64,000 bases of DNA from Desulfobacterales bacterium (GCA_963668645.2 CAXXWC010000006.1:32001-96000), one strand, 5' to 3'. Shown: positions 30,787 to 40,254, counted from the first letter of the stretch. Program-made: numbers and translations. The notes: a model not told the origin generated them from the sequence alone.

Positions 30787-32532
30787 CTATGTGTGCAAAA
30801 CCGCAGAACCGTTGTCCCGGTCGTGACGCTGGATCTTGCGGATGATGGTGGACGGATCGACGCCCAGCGCCCTGGCGGCACCAGACTTCGAGCCGTAGCG
30901 TCGGATGGCGCGCTGGATCAATTCGTTTTCGTAGCGCGCCAAGGCCTGTTTCAGCGTCAGCTTGCCGATGGGCGACGCCAGCCCTTGCGCTTGGCAGATG
31001 GACCCGGACAGCGATCGCATCAAGTGGCGCGGCCGGATCTCGTCTTCGGTACACAGGATGACGGTCCGCTCGACGATATTCTCCAGCTCGCGAATGTTGC
31101 CGGGAAAATCGTATTCCAGCAACTGGGTCATGGCTTCGGGAGAAAGAATCTTGTGGCTGTTGAACCTGGCGTTCATCTTGCCGAGAAAATGGGAGGCGAG
31201 GTGAACGATGTCCTCACGCCGGTCACGCAACGGCGGGATGTGAATCGGCACCACGTTGAGCCGGAAAAACAGATCGCCGCGAAAGCGGCCTTCGGCCACC
31301 AGTGCTTCCAACGGTTTGTTGGTGGCGGCGATGATGCGCACATCGACCTTGTGCGAGCGGGTGTCGCCAACCGACAGGATCTCGCGGTCTTCGATGGCCT
31401 TGAGAAACTTGACCTGGAAACGCATGGGAACTTCGGAGATCTCGTCCAGAAAGAGGGTCCCTCTGTCGGCCATGTGAAACAGGCCGGGCTTACCGGTGGC
31501 GGCGGCGCCGGTAAAAGCGCCCCTGCGATATCCGAACAGTTCCGACTCGATGAGCTGCTCGGGGATGGCCCCGCAGTTGATCTGTACGAAGGGACCGCTA
31601 CGCCGGGGGCTGTGCTCGTGCATGAAGCGCGCCATGCGCCCCTTGCCGACCCCGGTCTCGCCCTGGATCAAAACGGTGGCATCGAACTTGGCCGCAATCT
31701 CGGCTCTCTTGAAGACTTTGAAGGTCTTCGGATCCACCACCTTGATATCCGGGTCGCCGAAGGGACTGGCCACCCTGCCGTCGGGTCCGGTCTGCTGGCG
31801 CGCCAATTCGCGATAGCGGCGCAGCTCGTGCTTCATCCGGTTGAGCGCCGTAATGTCGCGTTCGTTGGTCACCACGAAGGCGATCTTGCCCGCATCGTCA
31901 AAAACCGGCGTTCCGGTTACGATGATGGTCTTCCCGTTCCTCAGCTTCTGCAGGATCGTCATCGAGGTCTTCTTCTTAAGCACTTCGACGGTGACCGATT
32001 GGTCGATGTATCCCTCCGGAATGAGGTCCGTGACGTTCTTGCCGACGATGTCTTCCTGCTTGTGGCCGATGAGCCGCTCGGAACTGCGGTTGCACTTGAG
32101 GATCGTGCCTTCACCATCGGTGATGAACAATCCATCGTAGGATGAATCGAATATCGCGTCGAGCTGGCGTTTGACCTGGGGGTCGGCCATGGCGCACCCG
32201 TTGGCGGTCGGCTTGACGACGACCACAGCCCCCGGCCGGGTCGTCAAAGGGAAAAGATCGATCACCAGCAGGCGTCCACTGTATTCAACCTCGATGCCGA
32301 GCTGCACTGTACCGCTGACCAGGCAGCGGCGCAACACATCTCCGACAGGGGGCAGGATCTCGGCTGCCAAACGACCCTGAAGCTTTTCTTTGTCAACGGC
32401 CAGGAGGACTTCGGCGGCCTGATTGAGAATTTCGATCCGGCCGTCTCCGGCAGCGACGAGCAGGCCGCAGCCGGCGGCGTCCATTACTTCCAGCGGGTCA
32501 GGCAGGCCAGGTAAAAAGAGTTCCGGCGGCAT
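30787..32532 (-). CDS. Sigma-54 enhancer-binding protein with PAS domains and TyrR-like HTH (start uncertain, up to 32595)
   Basis: GETGVGK, ESELFGY, GAFTGA, FPGNIRELEN; HTH AARALGVDPSTIIRKI. Confidence 0.9.
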   Translation of the reverse strand: MPPELFLPGLPDPLEVMDAAGCGLLVAAGDGRIEILNQAAEVLLAVDKEKLQGRLAAEILPPVGDVLRRCLVSGTVQLGIEVEYSGRLLVIDLFPLTTRPGAVVVVKPTANGCAMADPQVKRQLDAIFDSSYDGLFITDGEGTILKCNRSSERLIGHKQEDIVGKNVTDLIPEGYIDQSVTVEVLKKKTSMTILQKLRNGKTIIVTGTPVFDDAGKIAFVVTNERDITALNRMKHELRRYRELARQQTGPDGRVASPFGDPDIKVVDPKTFKVFKRAEIAAKFDATVLIQGETGVGKGRMARFMHEHSPRRSGPFVQINCGAIPEQLIESELFGYRRGAFTGAAATGKPGLFHMADRGTLFLDEISEVPMRFQVKFLKAIEDREILSVGDTRSHKVDVRIIAATNKPLEALVAEGRFRGDLFFRLNVVPIHIPPLRDRREDIVHLASHFLGKMNARFNSHKILSPEAMTQLLEYDFPGNIRELENIVERTVILCTEDEIRPRHLMRSLSGSICQAQGLASPIGKLTLKQALARYENELIQRAIRRYGSKSGAARALGVDPSTIIRKIQRHDRDNGSAVLHT

Positions 32533-32867
32533 AGGCGGCAGCTCCCTTTTGGCACGGGGACCGCCGCCCGCGCGCCGTTGTGGCCTCAAAAGCATGCTGG
32601 CGGCGGCCTGAGCATGTGAGGAGCGATCCGGGTTGATGATCAGATCCTTGCTACCACGAAGCCCAAAACCGAATCAAGCCTGCCGATTGCGCACCAGTCA
32701 TTCCCGGTGAAACCCAAACCCTTTCCATTTTTTGGAGAAACCAGCAGATCTTGAATTCACCGAAAATTGGCGGTTTTACACCAGGCCGGTGAAAGTCGGC
32801 CTGGAAACCCGTCTGGTGCCTTTTTCAATTTGCCTTTTCGCCCGGCTTCGACTACACCCCATAGCCC

Positions 32868-33608
32868 ATGGGAAAAAGCGAAAACACCAACGTCGACAAC
32901 GCCGTTATCGAGGATTTCGACGAGCAGGCCGAACGCTGGTGGTCGCGCCGCGGGGACATGCGCGGGCTGCACGACATCAATCCCGTGCGGGTGGACTACG
33001 TGCGGCGGCGTACCGCTCTTGCCGGCCGCCGGGTCCTCGACGTGGGCTGCGGCGGCGGGCTGCTGGCCGAACCGCTGGCAGCGGCCGGGGCCCGGGTCAC
33101 CGGCATCGACATGTCGGCAGCCCAACTGGCCGGAGCCCGGCGCCACGCGCAACTCGGCGGCCTTTCAATCGACTACCGGCGCACCACGGCCGAAGCGCTG
33201 GCGGACATTGAAGCGGGCGCCTTCGATGCCGTGACCTGCATGGAACTGCTGGAGCATGTGCCCCGGCCCCAGGCGGTGGTGGCGGCCTGCGCCCGGCTGG
33301 TGCGACCCGGCGGCGACGTCTTTTTCGCCACCCTCAACCGTACCGTTGCCGCGCGGGTGCTGGCGGTGCTGGCGGCCGAATACCTGCTGGGCATCGTTGC
33401 CCGGGGCACCCATGACTGGCGCCGCTTCGTGCGCCCGGCCGAGCTGGCCGCCTGGGCCGGGGCCGCCGGCCTGTGCTGCTGCGACATCAGCGGCCTTCGC
33501 TACCTGCCGTTTATCGGCTACTGCCGGCTGACCCGCGACACGGCGATCAACTACCTCGGGCACTTCAAGAAGGTGACCACAAAAGATGAAAGCCGTCTTC
33601 AGACATGA
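32868..33608 (+). CDS. ubiG: UbiG-like O-methyltransferase
   Basis: LHDINPVR, LDVGCGGGLL, CMELLEHVP, GTHDW..F. Confidence 0.85.
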   Translation: MGKSENTNVDNAVIEDFDEQAERWWSRRGDMRGLHDINPVRVDYVRRRTALAGRRVLDVGCGGGLLAEPLAAAGARVTGIDMSAAQLAGARRHAQLGGLSIDYRRTTAEALADIEAGAFDAVTCMELLEHVPRPQAVVAACARLVRPGGDVFFATLNRTVAARVLAVLAAEYLLGIVARGTHDWRRFVRPAELAAWAGAAGLCCCDISGLRYLPFIGYCRLTRDTAINYLGHFKKVTTKDESRLQT

Positions 33609-33630
33609 AACCTGAAACCCGCAGCCTGCC

Positions 33631-34482
33631 ATGAGCACCGAAAAGAGCCCATCGCCCCGTGATTTTGCTTTCGCCCGCCCGCGCTGGTTCGACCGCAACG
33701 CGCGGCGCCGCCAGCTCGACGAACACGTCGATGAGAGCCGGACGGCCACCTTCGGCTTCAGGACCATGGCCGCGGCCGAAAAGGCCGCAGCCGTGATGCG
33801 CCACTTCGACCGGGTCGCACCGCGCTACGATTTTATGAACAACCTGCTCAGCTTCGGCATCCAGATGATCTGGAAACGGGTGGCCGTCCGATGCATACGG
33901 CTTTGCCCGGGTGACCGGGTCCTGGACGTCTGCGGCGGCACGGCCGATCTGGCGCTGCTGGCCTCACAGCGCACCGGAGCCGCCGGGCGCACGGTGGTCT
34001 GCGACCTGAACCGCGCCATGATGGGCGGCGGCACGGCCAAAGTGAAGCGCGCCGGGCTGGACGGGCACATCGTCTTCGTTCAGGGCGACGCCGAACGGCT
34101 CCCCTTTGCCGACGGGCAATTCGACGCGGCCATGGTCGGCTTCGGCATCCGCAACCTCACCCATCTCAAGCGCGGCTTTGCCGAGATGCTGCGCGTCCTG
34201 CGGCCCGGCGGCACCCTGATGTGCCTGGAGTTTTCCAAGCCGGCCAACCCGGTCTTTCGCCGGCTTTACGACTTTCACAGCTTCGTCATTATGCCGCTTC
34301 TCGGCCAACTGCTGGTGGGAAACCGCGAGGGCTACGCCTGCCTGCCCGAGACCATCCGTCTTTTTCCCCTGCCCGAAGAGCTGAGCGCCATCCTGGCGCA
34401 AATCGGCTTTACGAACGTGCGCTGCCGCCGTCTGACCAACGGCATCGCCGTGGTGCACAGCGCCAGCAAGCGGCGCACTTGA
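33631..34482 (+). CDS. ubiE: UbiE/MenG C-methyltransferase
   Basis: FDRVAPRYDFMN, LDVCGGTAD, FGIRN, CLEFS. Confidence 0.88.
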   Translation: MSTEKSPSPRDFAFARPRWFDRNARRRQLDEHVDESRTATFGFRTMAAAEKAAAVMRHFDRVAPRYDFMNNLLSFGIQMIWKRVAVRCIRLCPGDRVLDVCGGTADLALLASQRTGAAGRTVVCDLNRAMMGGGTAKVKRAGLDGHIVFVQGDAERLPFADGQFDAAMVGFGIRNLTHLKRGFAEMLRVLRPGGTLMCLEFSKPANPVFRRLYDFHSFVIMPLLGQLLVGNREGYACLPETIRLFPLPEELSAILAQIGFTNVRCRRLTNGIAVVHSASKRRT

Positions 34483-34483
34483 T

Positions 34484-35329
34484 CTAAAGCGAACTGACGG
34501 GCGTTGCCATTCCGAAGGCGGCGGATGGATTGAAACGGCCGCCGAGCCTGGTTCTCGATCCCGGGTAGATCAAAGCGGCCTTGGTGGCGATCAACTGTTT
34601 TGACCACGTCCGCCGGTGCAGTATTAAACAAGGTTCGCCCGGGTCAATTTCCAAAAGACGCTGAACCGTTTCATCCGGCATCGTAGTCTCGATGATATGC
34701 TCGGCTTCCGTCAGCGGTCCCATGTGGAAAAGATGCTGGCTGGGCGTTATCCTGGTAAAATCCTGGGTCAGATAGTCCGGCACGAAGGCCGGATTGACAA
34801 AACGGTCCTCCAACTGCACCGGAGTCCCGGAATCCCGGTGCACAATTATGGAGTGGAAAATCGGTGCCGCTTCGGGAAGGTTGAAAGCCCTGGCGATTTC
34901 CGCACCGGCGGCCTCTTTTTCCAGCATGATCACCTCGCAGCTGTACTCCCCCCCGCGTTCCAGAATTTCTTCGGAGATGCTGCGCACGATCAACAATGCC
35001 GATGACGGCCTGTTGTTGGCCACGAACGTGCCCACACCCTGGACCCGGACCAGATACCCTTCCATCGCCAGTTCGCGGAAAGCCCGGCTGACGGTGCTGC
35101 GTGAGACCCGGAGCCTGGAGACGATTTCGTTTTCCGACGGGATGCAGGCCGCCGGCTTCCATTCACCGGTCTCGATTCTCTGGATGATGTAGTTTTTCAC
35201 CTGCTGAAAAAGCGCCGTGCTGGACCGGTCCAGAGGCGAACGGTCGGCGGTGATGTGGGAGACAAGCCCTGTCCCCTTCGGTGGCAAGCTCAACGGCGAC
35301 TTTCTTATTTTGGGTACGAAACCGGCCAT
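34484..35329 (-). CDS. hutC: HutC-type GntR/UTRA repressor (start uncertain)
   Basis: IPSENE, RVQGVGTFV, QLEDRFVNP, PLTEAEH, RRTWS; divergent from the Hut-like genes. Confidence 0.85.
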   Translation of the reverse strand: MAGFVPKIRKSPLSLPPKGTGLVSHITADRSPLDRSSTALFQQVKNYIIQRIETGEWKPAACIPSENEIVSRLRVSRSTVSRAFRELAMEGYLVRVQGVGTFVANNRPSSALLIVRSISEEILERGGEYSCEVIMLEKEAAGAEIARAFNLPEAAPIFHSIIVHRDSGTPVQLEDRFVNPAFVPDYLTQDFTRITPSQHLFHMGPLTEAEHIIETTMPDETVQRLLEIDPGEPCLILHRRTWSKQLIATKAALIYPGSRTRLGGRFNPSAAFGMATPVSSL

Positions 35330-35485
35330 ATCATCCTCTGCCTTTCATCCTGAACACCCCACACAAGTATACAGGCCCACACAACCCGCTTATTTCATTC
35401 AAAAACCCATCATCCAACATAACATCAAGGATTTAAGTAAGTTAACCAGGAGATAGACTATTTTCAAGCTTTTTTTATTTTTGGG

Positions 35486-35538
35486 TTGACAGCATGTCTC
35501 AACTTGATTACTCAAGTAATCATGGTCAAACATGTCAA
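35486..35538. promoter_or_regulatory. Symmetric divergent promoter/operator region
   Basis: TTGACA on both strands (35486; 35533-35538), central palindrome tgattact-ca-agtaatca, flanking boxes CATGTCTCAACTTG and CATGGTCAAACATG. Confidence 0.6.
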
Positions 35539-35586
35539 GGCTTACATCGCAGTTTCAAATATGTAAAAAATGGAGTCCCCAATCGT

Positions 35587-36153
35587 ATGCAAGACAACCT
35601 CGCCGCGTTTCTCAAGGTACTCGATCCGCATGACAACTCCACCGGCGGCGGTTCGGCCTCCGCCATCGCCGGCGCCATGGCCGCCGCGCTGGTGGCCATG
35701 GTGGCACGCCTTTCCATCGGCAAAAAAGGGATGAACGCCGAATCGTTTTACACCGGGATCGCCGCGGAGGCCGAGGTCCTGGCCGCCGGGCTGTTTTCCG
35801 GTGCACGGCTCGATTCGGAAGCCTTCGACCGGGTCAGCGCCGCCTACCGGCTGCCCAAGCAAACCCCGGAGCAACGGACCGCTCGCACGGCGCGGATCGG
35901 CGAGGCCATGGTTCAGGCCGCGCTGGTGCCTATGGAGAATGCGGAAAAATGCGCCCGGGTGATCGCGCTGCAGGCCGTCCTGAAAGAAGCCTTCAATGCC
36001 AATGCGGCCTCCGATCTGGCCTGCGCCGTCCACCTGGCAGGGGCCGGCCGGTCCGGATGCCTCGAAAACGTCGCCATCAACCTCCCGCATATCAAAGACG
36101 CTTGCCTAGTCACACAACTCGAAAGCCGGATCGCCGCGCTTCAGGCCGCGTAA
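35587..36153 (+). CDS. Formiminotetrahydrofolate cyclodeaminase family protein
   Basis: GGGSASAIAGAMAAALVAMV, DSEAF, AYRLPK, SDL..A, NVAINL. Confidence 0.85.
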   Translation: MQDNLAAFLKVLDPHDNSTGGGSASAIAGAMAAALVAMVARLSIGKKGMNAESFYTGIAAEAEVLAAGLFSGARLDSEAFDRVSAAYRLPKQTPEQRTARTARIGEAMVQAALVPMENAEKCARVIALQAVLKEAFNANAASDLACAVHLAGAGRSGCLENVAINLPHIKDACLVTQLESRIAALQAA

Positions 36154-36206
36154 GGCGGCTTGCGGCCGCATCCTCCGGCGAAGGTTGCCGCCTCCAGGAG
36201 AGAGAC

Positions 36207-37097
36207 ATGAAAATCCTTATGTGCGTTCCCAATATCAGCGAAGGCAGAAATCAAACCACCATCGAGGCGGTGGTGGACACGATCCGCACCGCCGGCGGGG
36301 TCAAGCTGACCGATTACTCGTCGGATGCCGACCACAACCGCTCGGTGATCACCTATCTGGGTGAACCGCAGGCGGTCCTGGCCGCCACCGAGAAGCTGGC
36401 GCTCAAGGCTCTCGAACTGATCGATATGACCACCCACCACGGTTCCCATCCGCGCCAGGGGGCGGTGGACGTGGTGCCCTTCATTCCCATCCGCGGGGTC
36501 GAGACCCAGGAGGCCATCGAGATCGCCCGGCGCTTCGGCCACTTCATCGGCGAGCAGGGGGTGCCGGTCTACTACTACGAGGACGCGGCCACCCGGCCCG
36601 AGCGCGTCAGCCTGGTGGCGGTGCGCAAGGGGCAGTACGAGAGCCTGGCAACAAAGCTGAAAGATCCGCAGTGGAAGCCGGATGAAGGGCCGGCGGCATT
36701 CAACGCCAAAAGCGGATCGATGCAGGTGGCGGCCCGCTTTCCCCTGGTGGCCCTGAACGTCAACCTGCGCACCACCGATCTGAACCTCGCCCAGACCATC
36801 GCCAAGGGCGTGCGTCACCTCAACGGCGGCTACCGGTACGTGCGGGCCATCGGCCTGTCCCTGGAAAAAGAGCAGATGGTGCAGGTTTCCATGAACCTGA
36901 CCAATTACCTGAAGACCCCGATCCCCCGCGTGCTGGAGACCATCCGGTCCGAGGCGGCACGCTACGGCGTCAACGTGGTCGAATCCGAACTCGTGGGCCC
37001 CGTGCCCCTCGGGGCCCTCGAGGAAGTGGCCAGGCATTACCTGCAGGCCCACCACTTCAGCATGGAACAGATCATAGAAAATTCACTGATCGAATAG
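36207..37097 (+). CDS. ftcD: Glutamate formiminotransferase
   Basis: CVPNISEGR, DADHNRSV, HPRQGAVDVVPF, QVSMNL, ESELVG. Confidence 0.9.
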   Translation: MKILMCVPNISEGRNQTTIEAVVDTIRTAGGVKLTDYSSDADHNRSVITYLGEPQAVLAATEKLALKALELIDMTTHHGSHPRQGAVDVVPFIPIRGVETQEAIEIARRFGHFIGEQGVPVYYYEDAATRPERVSLVAVRKGQYESLATKLKDPQWKPDEGPAAFNAKSGSMQVAARFPLVALNVNLRTTDLNLAQTIAKGVRHLNGGYRYVRAIGLSLEKEQMVQVSMNLTNYLKTPIPRVLETIRSEAARYGVNVVESELVGPVPLGALEEVARHYLQAHHFSMEQIIENSLIE

Positions 37098-37134
37098 TCC
37101 GGCCAATGCAATCGAACACGACATGGAGGTTTCA

Positions 37135-38871
37135 ATGAACCCGGAAATTCTGTACTCGGTCAAGGCCCAGCGCGGCGACACCCTGCGCTGCAAGGGCTGG
37201 AAGCAGGAGACGATCCTGCGCATGCTCGAAAACAACATGGAAAATGCCGAGGCCCCCGAATATCTCGTGATTTACGGCGGGATCGGCAAATGCGCGCGCA
37301 ACTGGGAATCGTATCACGCCATCGTCGACGCGCTCAAAAACCTGGAAAACGACGAGACCCTGGTGGTCCAGTCCGGCATGCCGGTGGCGATTTTCAAGAC
37401 CCATATACTCGCGCCCACGGTGGTGATGGCCACCACCAACATCATGAAGGCCGACTGGCCCACCTTTTACGACCTGCAGGACAAAAACCTGACGATTTTC
37501 GCCCAGTACACCGCCGCCCCATGGGAATACATCGGCACCCAGGGCGTGATCCAGGGCACCTTTGAAACTCTGGGCGCCATCGCCGACCGGCACTTCGGCG
37601 GTTCGATGGCCGGGCGCATCCTGCTCACGGCGGGCCACGGCGGCATGGGCGCCAATCAGCCCCGGGCCATGAACATGCACGGCGGTGTGTGCATCGACGT
37701 CGATGTGCAGGAAGACATCATCGACAAGCGCATCAAGATCGGTTTTACCGACGTCAAGGCCAAGGACCTGGATGAGGCCATCGCCCTGGCCAAAAAGGCC
37801 GCCGCCGAAAAAAAGCCCCTGGCCATCGGCGTGGTCGGCAACGCCGCCACGCTGTTCTGGGAAGCCTACGACAAGGGGTTCGAACCGGATGTGGTCACCG
37901 AGATGTGCCCCTGCCACGATCCGCTTTCCTATATCCCCGAAGGCTACACGGCCCGCCAGGCCGAGGAACTGCGCATCCAGGACCGCGACCTTTACTTCCG
38001 GAAGGCCCGCGAAAGCATGGTCAAGCAGCTGCGCGCCATGAACGCTTTTCACAAGAAGGAAAACGTCCACGTCTTCGAGTACGGCACCTCGATCCGCAAG
38101 GAGTGCCGCGACGCCGGGATGCCGGAAGAAGAGGCGATGTTCATCCCGGGCTTTGTCGCCGAGTACATCCGCCCGCTGTTCTGCGAAGGGCGCGGCCCGT
38201 TCCGCTGGACCTGCGTTTCCGGCGAAGCCGGCGACCTGGCCCGGCTCGACGATCTCGTGCTGGAGATGTTCCCCGAGGACAAACTGACCACCAAGTGGAT
38301 CAACCTGGCGCGCACCCATCTGCCCATCGAGGCGTTGCCGGCCCGGGTCTGCTACCTCGGCTTCGGCGAGCGCAAGGCCTTCGCCCTCAAAGTCAACGAA
38401 CTGATCAAAAAGGGCGAGGTCAAGGGGCCGGTGGCGTTCTCGCGCGACAATCTGGATTCTGGATCGATCGTCAACCCGACCTTCGAATCGGAGAATATGA
38501 AAGACGGCGGGGATCTGATTTCCGACTGGCCGATGCTCAACGCCCTGCTCAACTGCGCCGCCATGTGTGACCTGATCGCCATTCAGGCCAACTACTCCAT
38601 GGGCGAAGCGGTCCATACCGGGGTCACCATGATTGCCGACGGGACCGATGAAGCCGATTTTCGCCTTTCCGCCTGCATGACCACCGACTCAGGCATCGGC
38701 GTCGTGCGCCACGCCCAGGCCGGCTATGAAACCGCCCGCGAGGTGGCCGAAGGCCGCGGCAAACTGACCGCCGAAAAGATCAAGGTGCCACTCTGGTGGA
38801 GTCCCAAGGCCACCTTCGGCCCGCAGGGCGGCTGCCAACTGCGCAGAGGTCCGCACAGCAAAGACTCTTGA
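37135..38871 (+). CDS. hutU: Urocanate hydratase-family protein (divergent paralogue)
   Basis: VIYGGIG, YIGTQG, YIRPLFCEGRGPFRW, SDWPMLNALLN, VVRHAQAGY; several active-site motifs altered. Confidence 0.85.
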   Translation: MNPEILYSVKAQRGDTLRCKGWKQETILRMLENNMENAEAPEYLVIYGGIGKCARNWESYHAIVDALKNLENDETLVVQSGMPVAIFKTHILAPTVVMATTNIMKADWPTFYDLQDKNLTIFAQYTAAPWEYIGTQGVIQGTFETLGAIADRHFGGSMAGRILLTAGHGGMGANQPRAMNMHGGVCIDVDVQEDIIDKRIKIGFTDVKAKDLDEAIALAKKAAAEKKPLAIGVVGNAATLFWEAYDKGFEPDVVTEMCPCHDPLSYIPEGYTARQAEELRIQDRDLYFRKARESMVKQLRAMNAFHKKENVHVFEYGTSIRKECRDAGMPEEEAMFIPGFVAEYIRPLFCEGRGPFRWTCVSGEAGDLARLDDLVLEMFPEDKLTTKWINLARTHLPIEALPARVCYLGFGERKAFALKVNELIKKGEVKGPVAFSRDNLDSGSIVNPTFESENMKDGGDLISDWPMLNALLNCAAMCDLIAIQANYSMGEAVHTGVTMIADGTDEADFRLSACMTTDSGIGVVRHAQAGYETAREVAEGRGKLTAEKIKVPLWWSPKATFGPQGGCQLRRGPHSKDS

Positions 38872-38881
38872 GGAATCACCC

Positions 38882-40141
38882 GTGAAACCGCAGGCCGATC
38901 TCATCATTGAAAACGCGCGTACGCTGATCACCTGCGTCGCCACAGATTCGGATCCGGTGGGCCGCATCGGATCCGGGTCCGTGGCCATCGCCGGCGAAAC
39001 CATTCTCGCGCTGGGTACCGCCGGCCAGGTCGCAGCGGCCGTCGACGGCTCCCGGGCCACGATCCTGGACGCTGCCGGCAAGACCGTGGCGCCGGGATTC
39101 GTCGACTGCCATACGCATCTGGTGTTCGGAAAATCGCGGGCCCGTGAATTTGCCCACCGCCTGGCGGCGGCCCACCGCAGTCTGCCGCCGCTCGATATCC
39201 TGACCGGCATCCCGGCCTCGATCCGGATGACCCGCGAATCGTCGCAAGACGAGCTCTTCGAAGCCGCCCTGGACCGCTTGAAACGGATGCTGGCCTACGG
39301 CAGCACCACCGTCGAGAGCAAAAGCGGCTACGGGATCGGTACGGCCGACGAGCTCAAGATGCTCAAGGTCAACCAACGCCTCCAGCAAGCCCAGCCCATC
39401 GACATCGTCAGCACCTTCCTGGGGGCCCACGATTTTCCGCCAGAAATCGACCGCACGGTGGCAAGCCAGCGCAACCGCTACCTCGACATCCTGATCCAGG
39501 AGATGATCCCCGAGGTGAGCCGGCTGGGCCTGGCCCGTTTCTGCGACGTCTACTGCGACCGGGGCTACTACACCGTAGACGAGGCGCGCCGCATCCTGGA
39601 GGCAGGAATGCGCCACGGCCTCGGGGCCAGGATCCACACCGATGCCTATGCCAACATCGGAGGCTCGCGGCTGGCGGCCCAATTGCCTGCGATCACGGCC
39701 GACCACCTGAACTACACCTCAAAAGAAGAAATGGCCGCCCTGGCCGAGGCCGGAGTCGTCGGCGTGGTGCTTCCGGCCCTGGATTTTGCCGTGGCGCATC
39801 CCGACCCGGTTTCCCCGCTGCCCATGATCGAGGCCGGTATGACCCTGGCCCTGGCCACCAACCTGAACCCCGGCAACTGGACCGAATCGATGCATTTTGT
39901 CATGGTGCTGGCCTGCCGCAACCACGGCATGTCACCCGCGGAAGCCTTCCTGGCCGCCACCCGCGGGGCGTCATGCGCCATCGGCCTGCAAGACAAAATC
40001 GGCACCCTGGAGCCGGGCAAACTGGCCGATATCCAGATCATCGACCTGCCCGGACTCGATGAGATCATCTACCGCCTGGACCACCATTGCCCCGAAACGG
40101 TCATTAAACGTGGCCGTGTGGTCCACAATTCGCTTACCTGA
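38882..40141 (+). CDS. hutI: Imidazolonepropionase-family amidohydrolase (divergent paralogue)
   Basis: DCHTHLVF, ESKSGYG, TFLGAH, ADHL, NPG. Confidence 0.82.
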   Translation: MKPQADLIIENARTLITCVATDSDPVGRIGSGSVAIAGETILALGTAGQVAAAVDGSRATILDAAGKTVAPGFVDCHTHLVFGKSRAREFAHRLAAAHRSLPPLDILTGIPASIRMTRESSQDELFEAALDRLKRMLAYGSTTVESKSGYGIGTADELKMLKVNQRLQQAQPIDIVSTFLGAHDFPPEIDRTVASQRNRYLDILIQEMIPEVSRLGLARFCDVYCDRGYYTVDEARRILEAGMRHGLGARIHTDAYANIGGSRLAAQLPAITADHLNYTSKEEMAALAEAGVVGVVLPALDFAVAHPDPVSPLPMIEAGMTLALATNLNPGNWTESMHFVMVLACRNHGMSPAEAFLAATRGASCAIGLQDKIGTLEPGKLADIQIIDLPGLDEIIYRLDHHCPETVIKRGRVVHNSLT

Positions 40142-40254
40142 ACGCCCGGTTGTTTTCGACGGGTGTGCACCATCCGCCGCATAAAAGAGGATCCGCCATC
40201 ATTTAAAATAGCTATCCATAACGGACCACAACGAGAAACCTGGGGGGTAACGCA

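Noticed and set aside
32781..32804. Hairpin ccaggccg-gtgaaagt-cggcctgg upstream of ubiG as a riboswitch
   Set aside because: A single stem with no supporting aptamer features.
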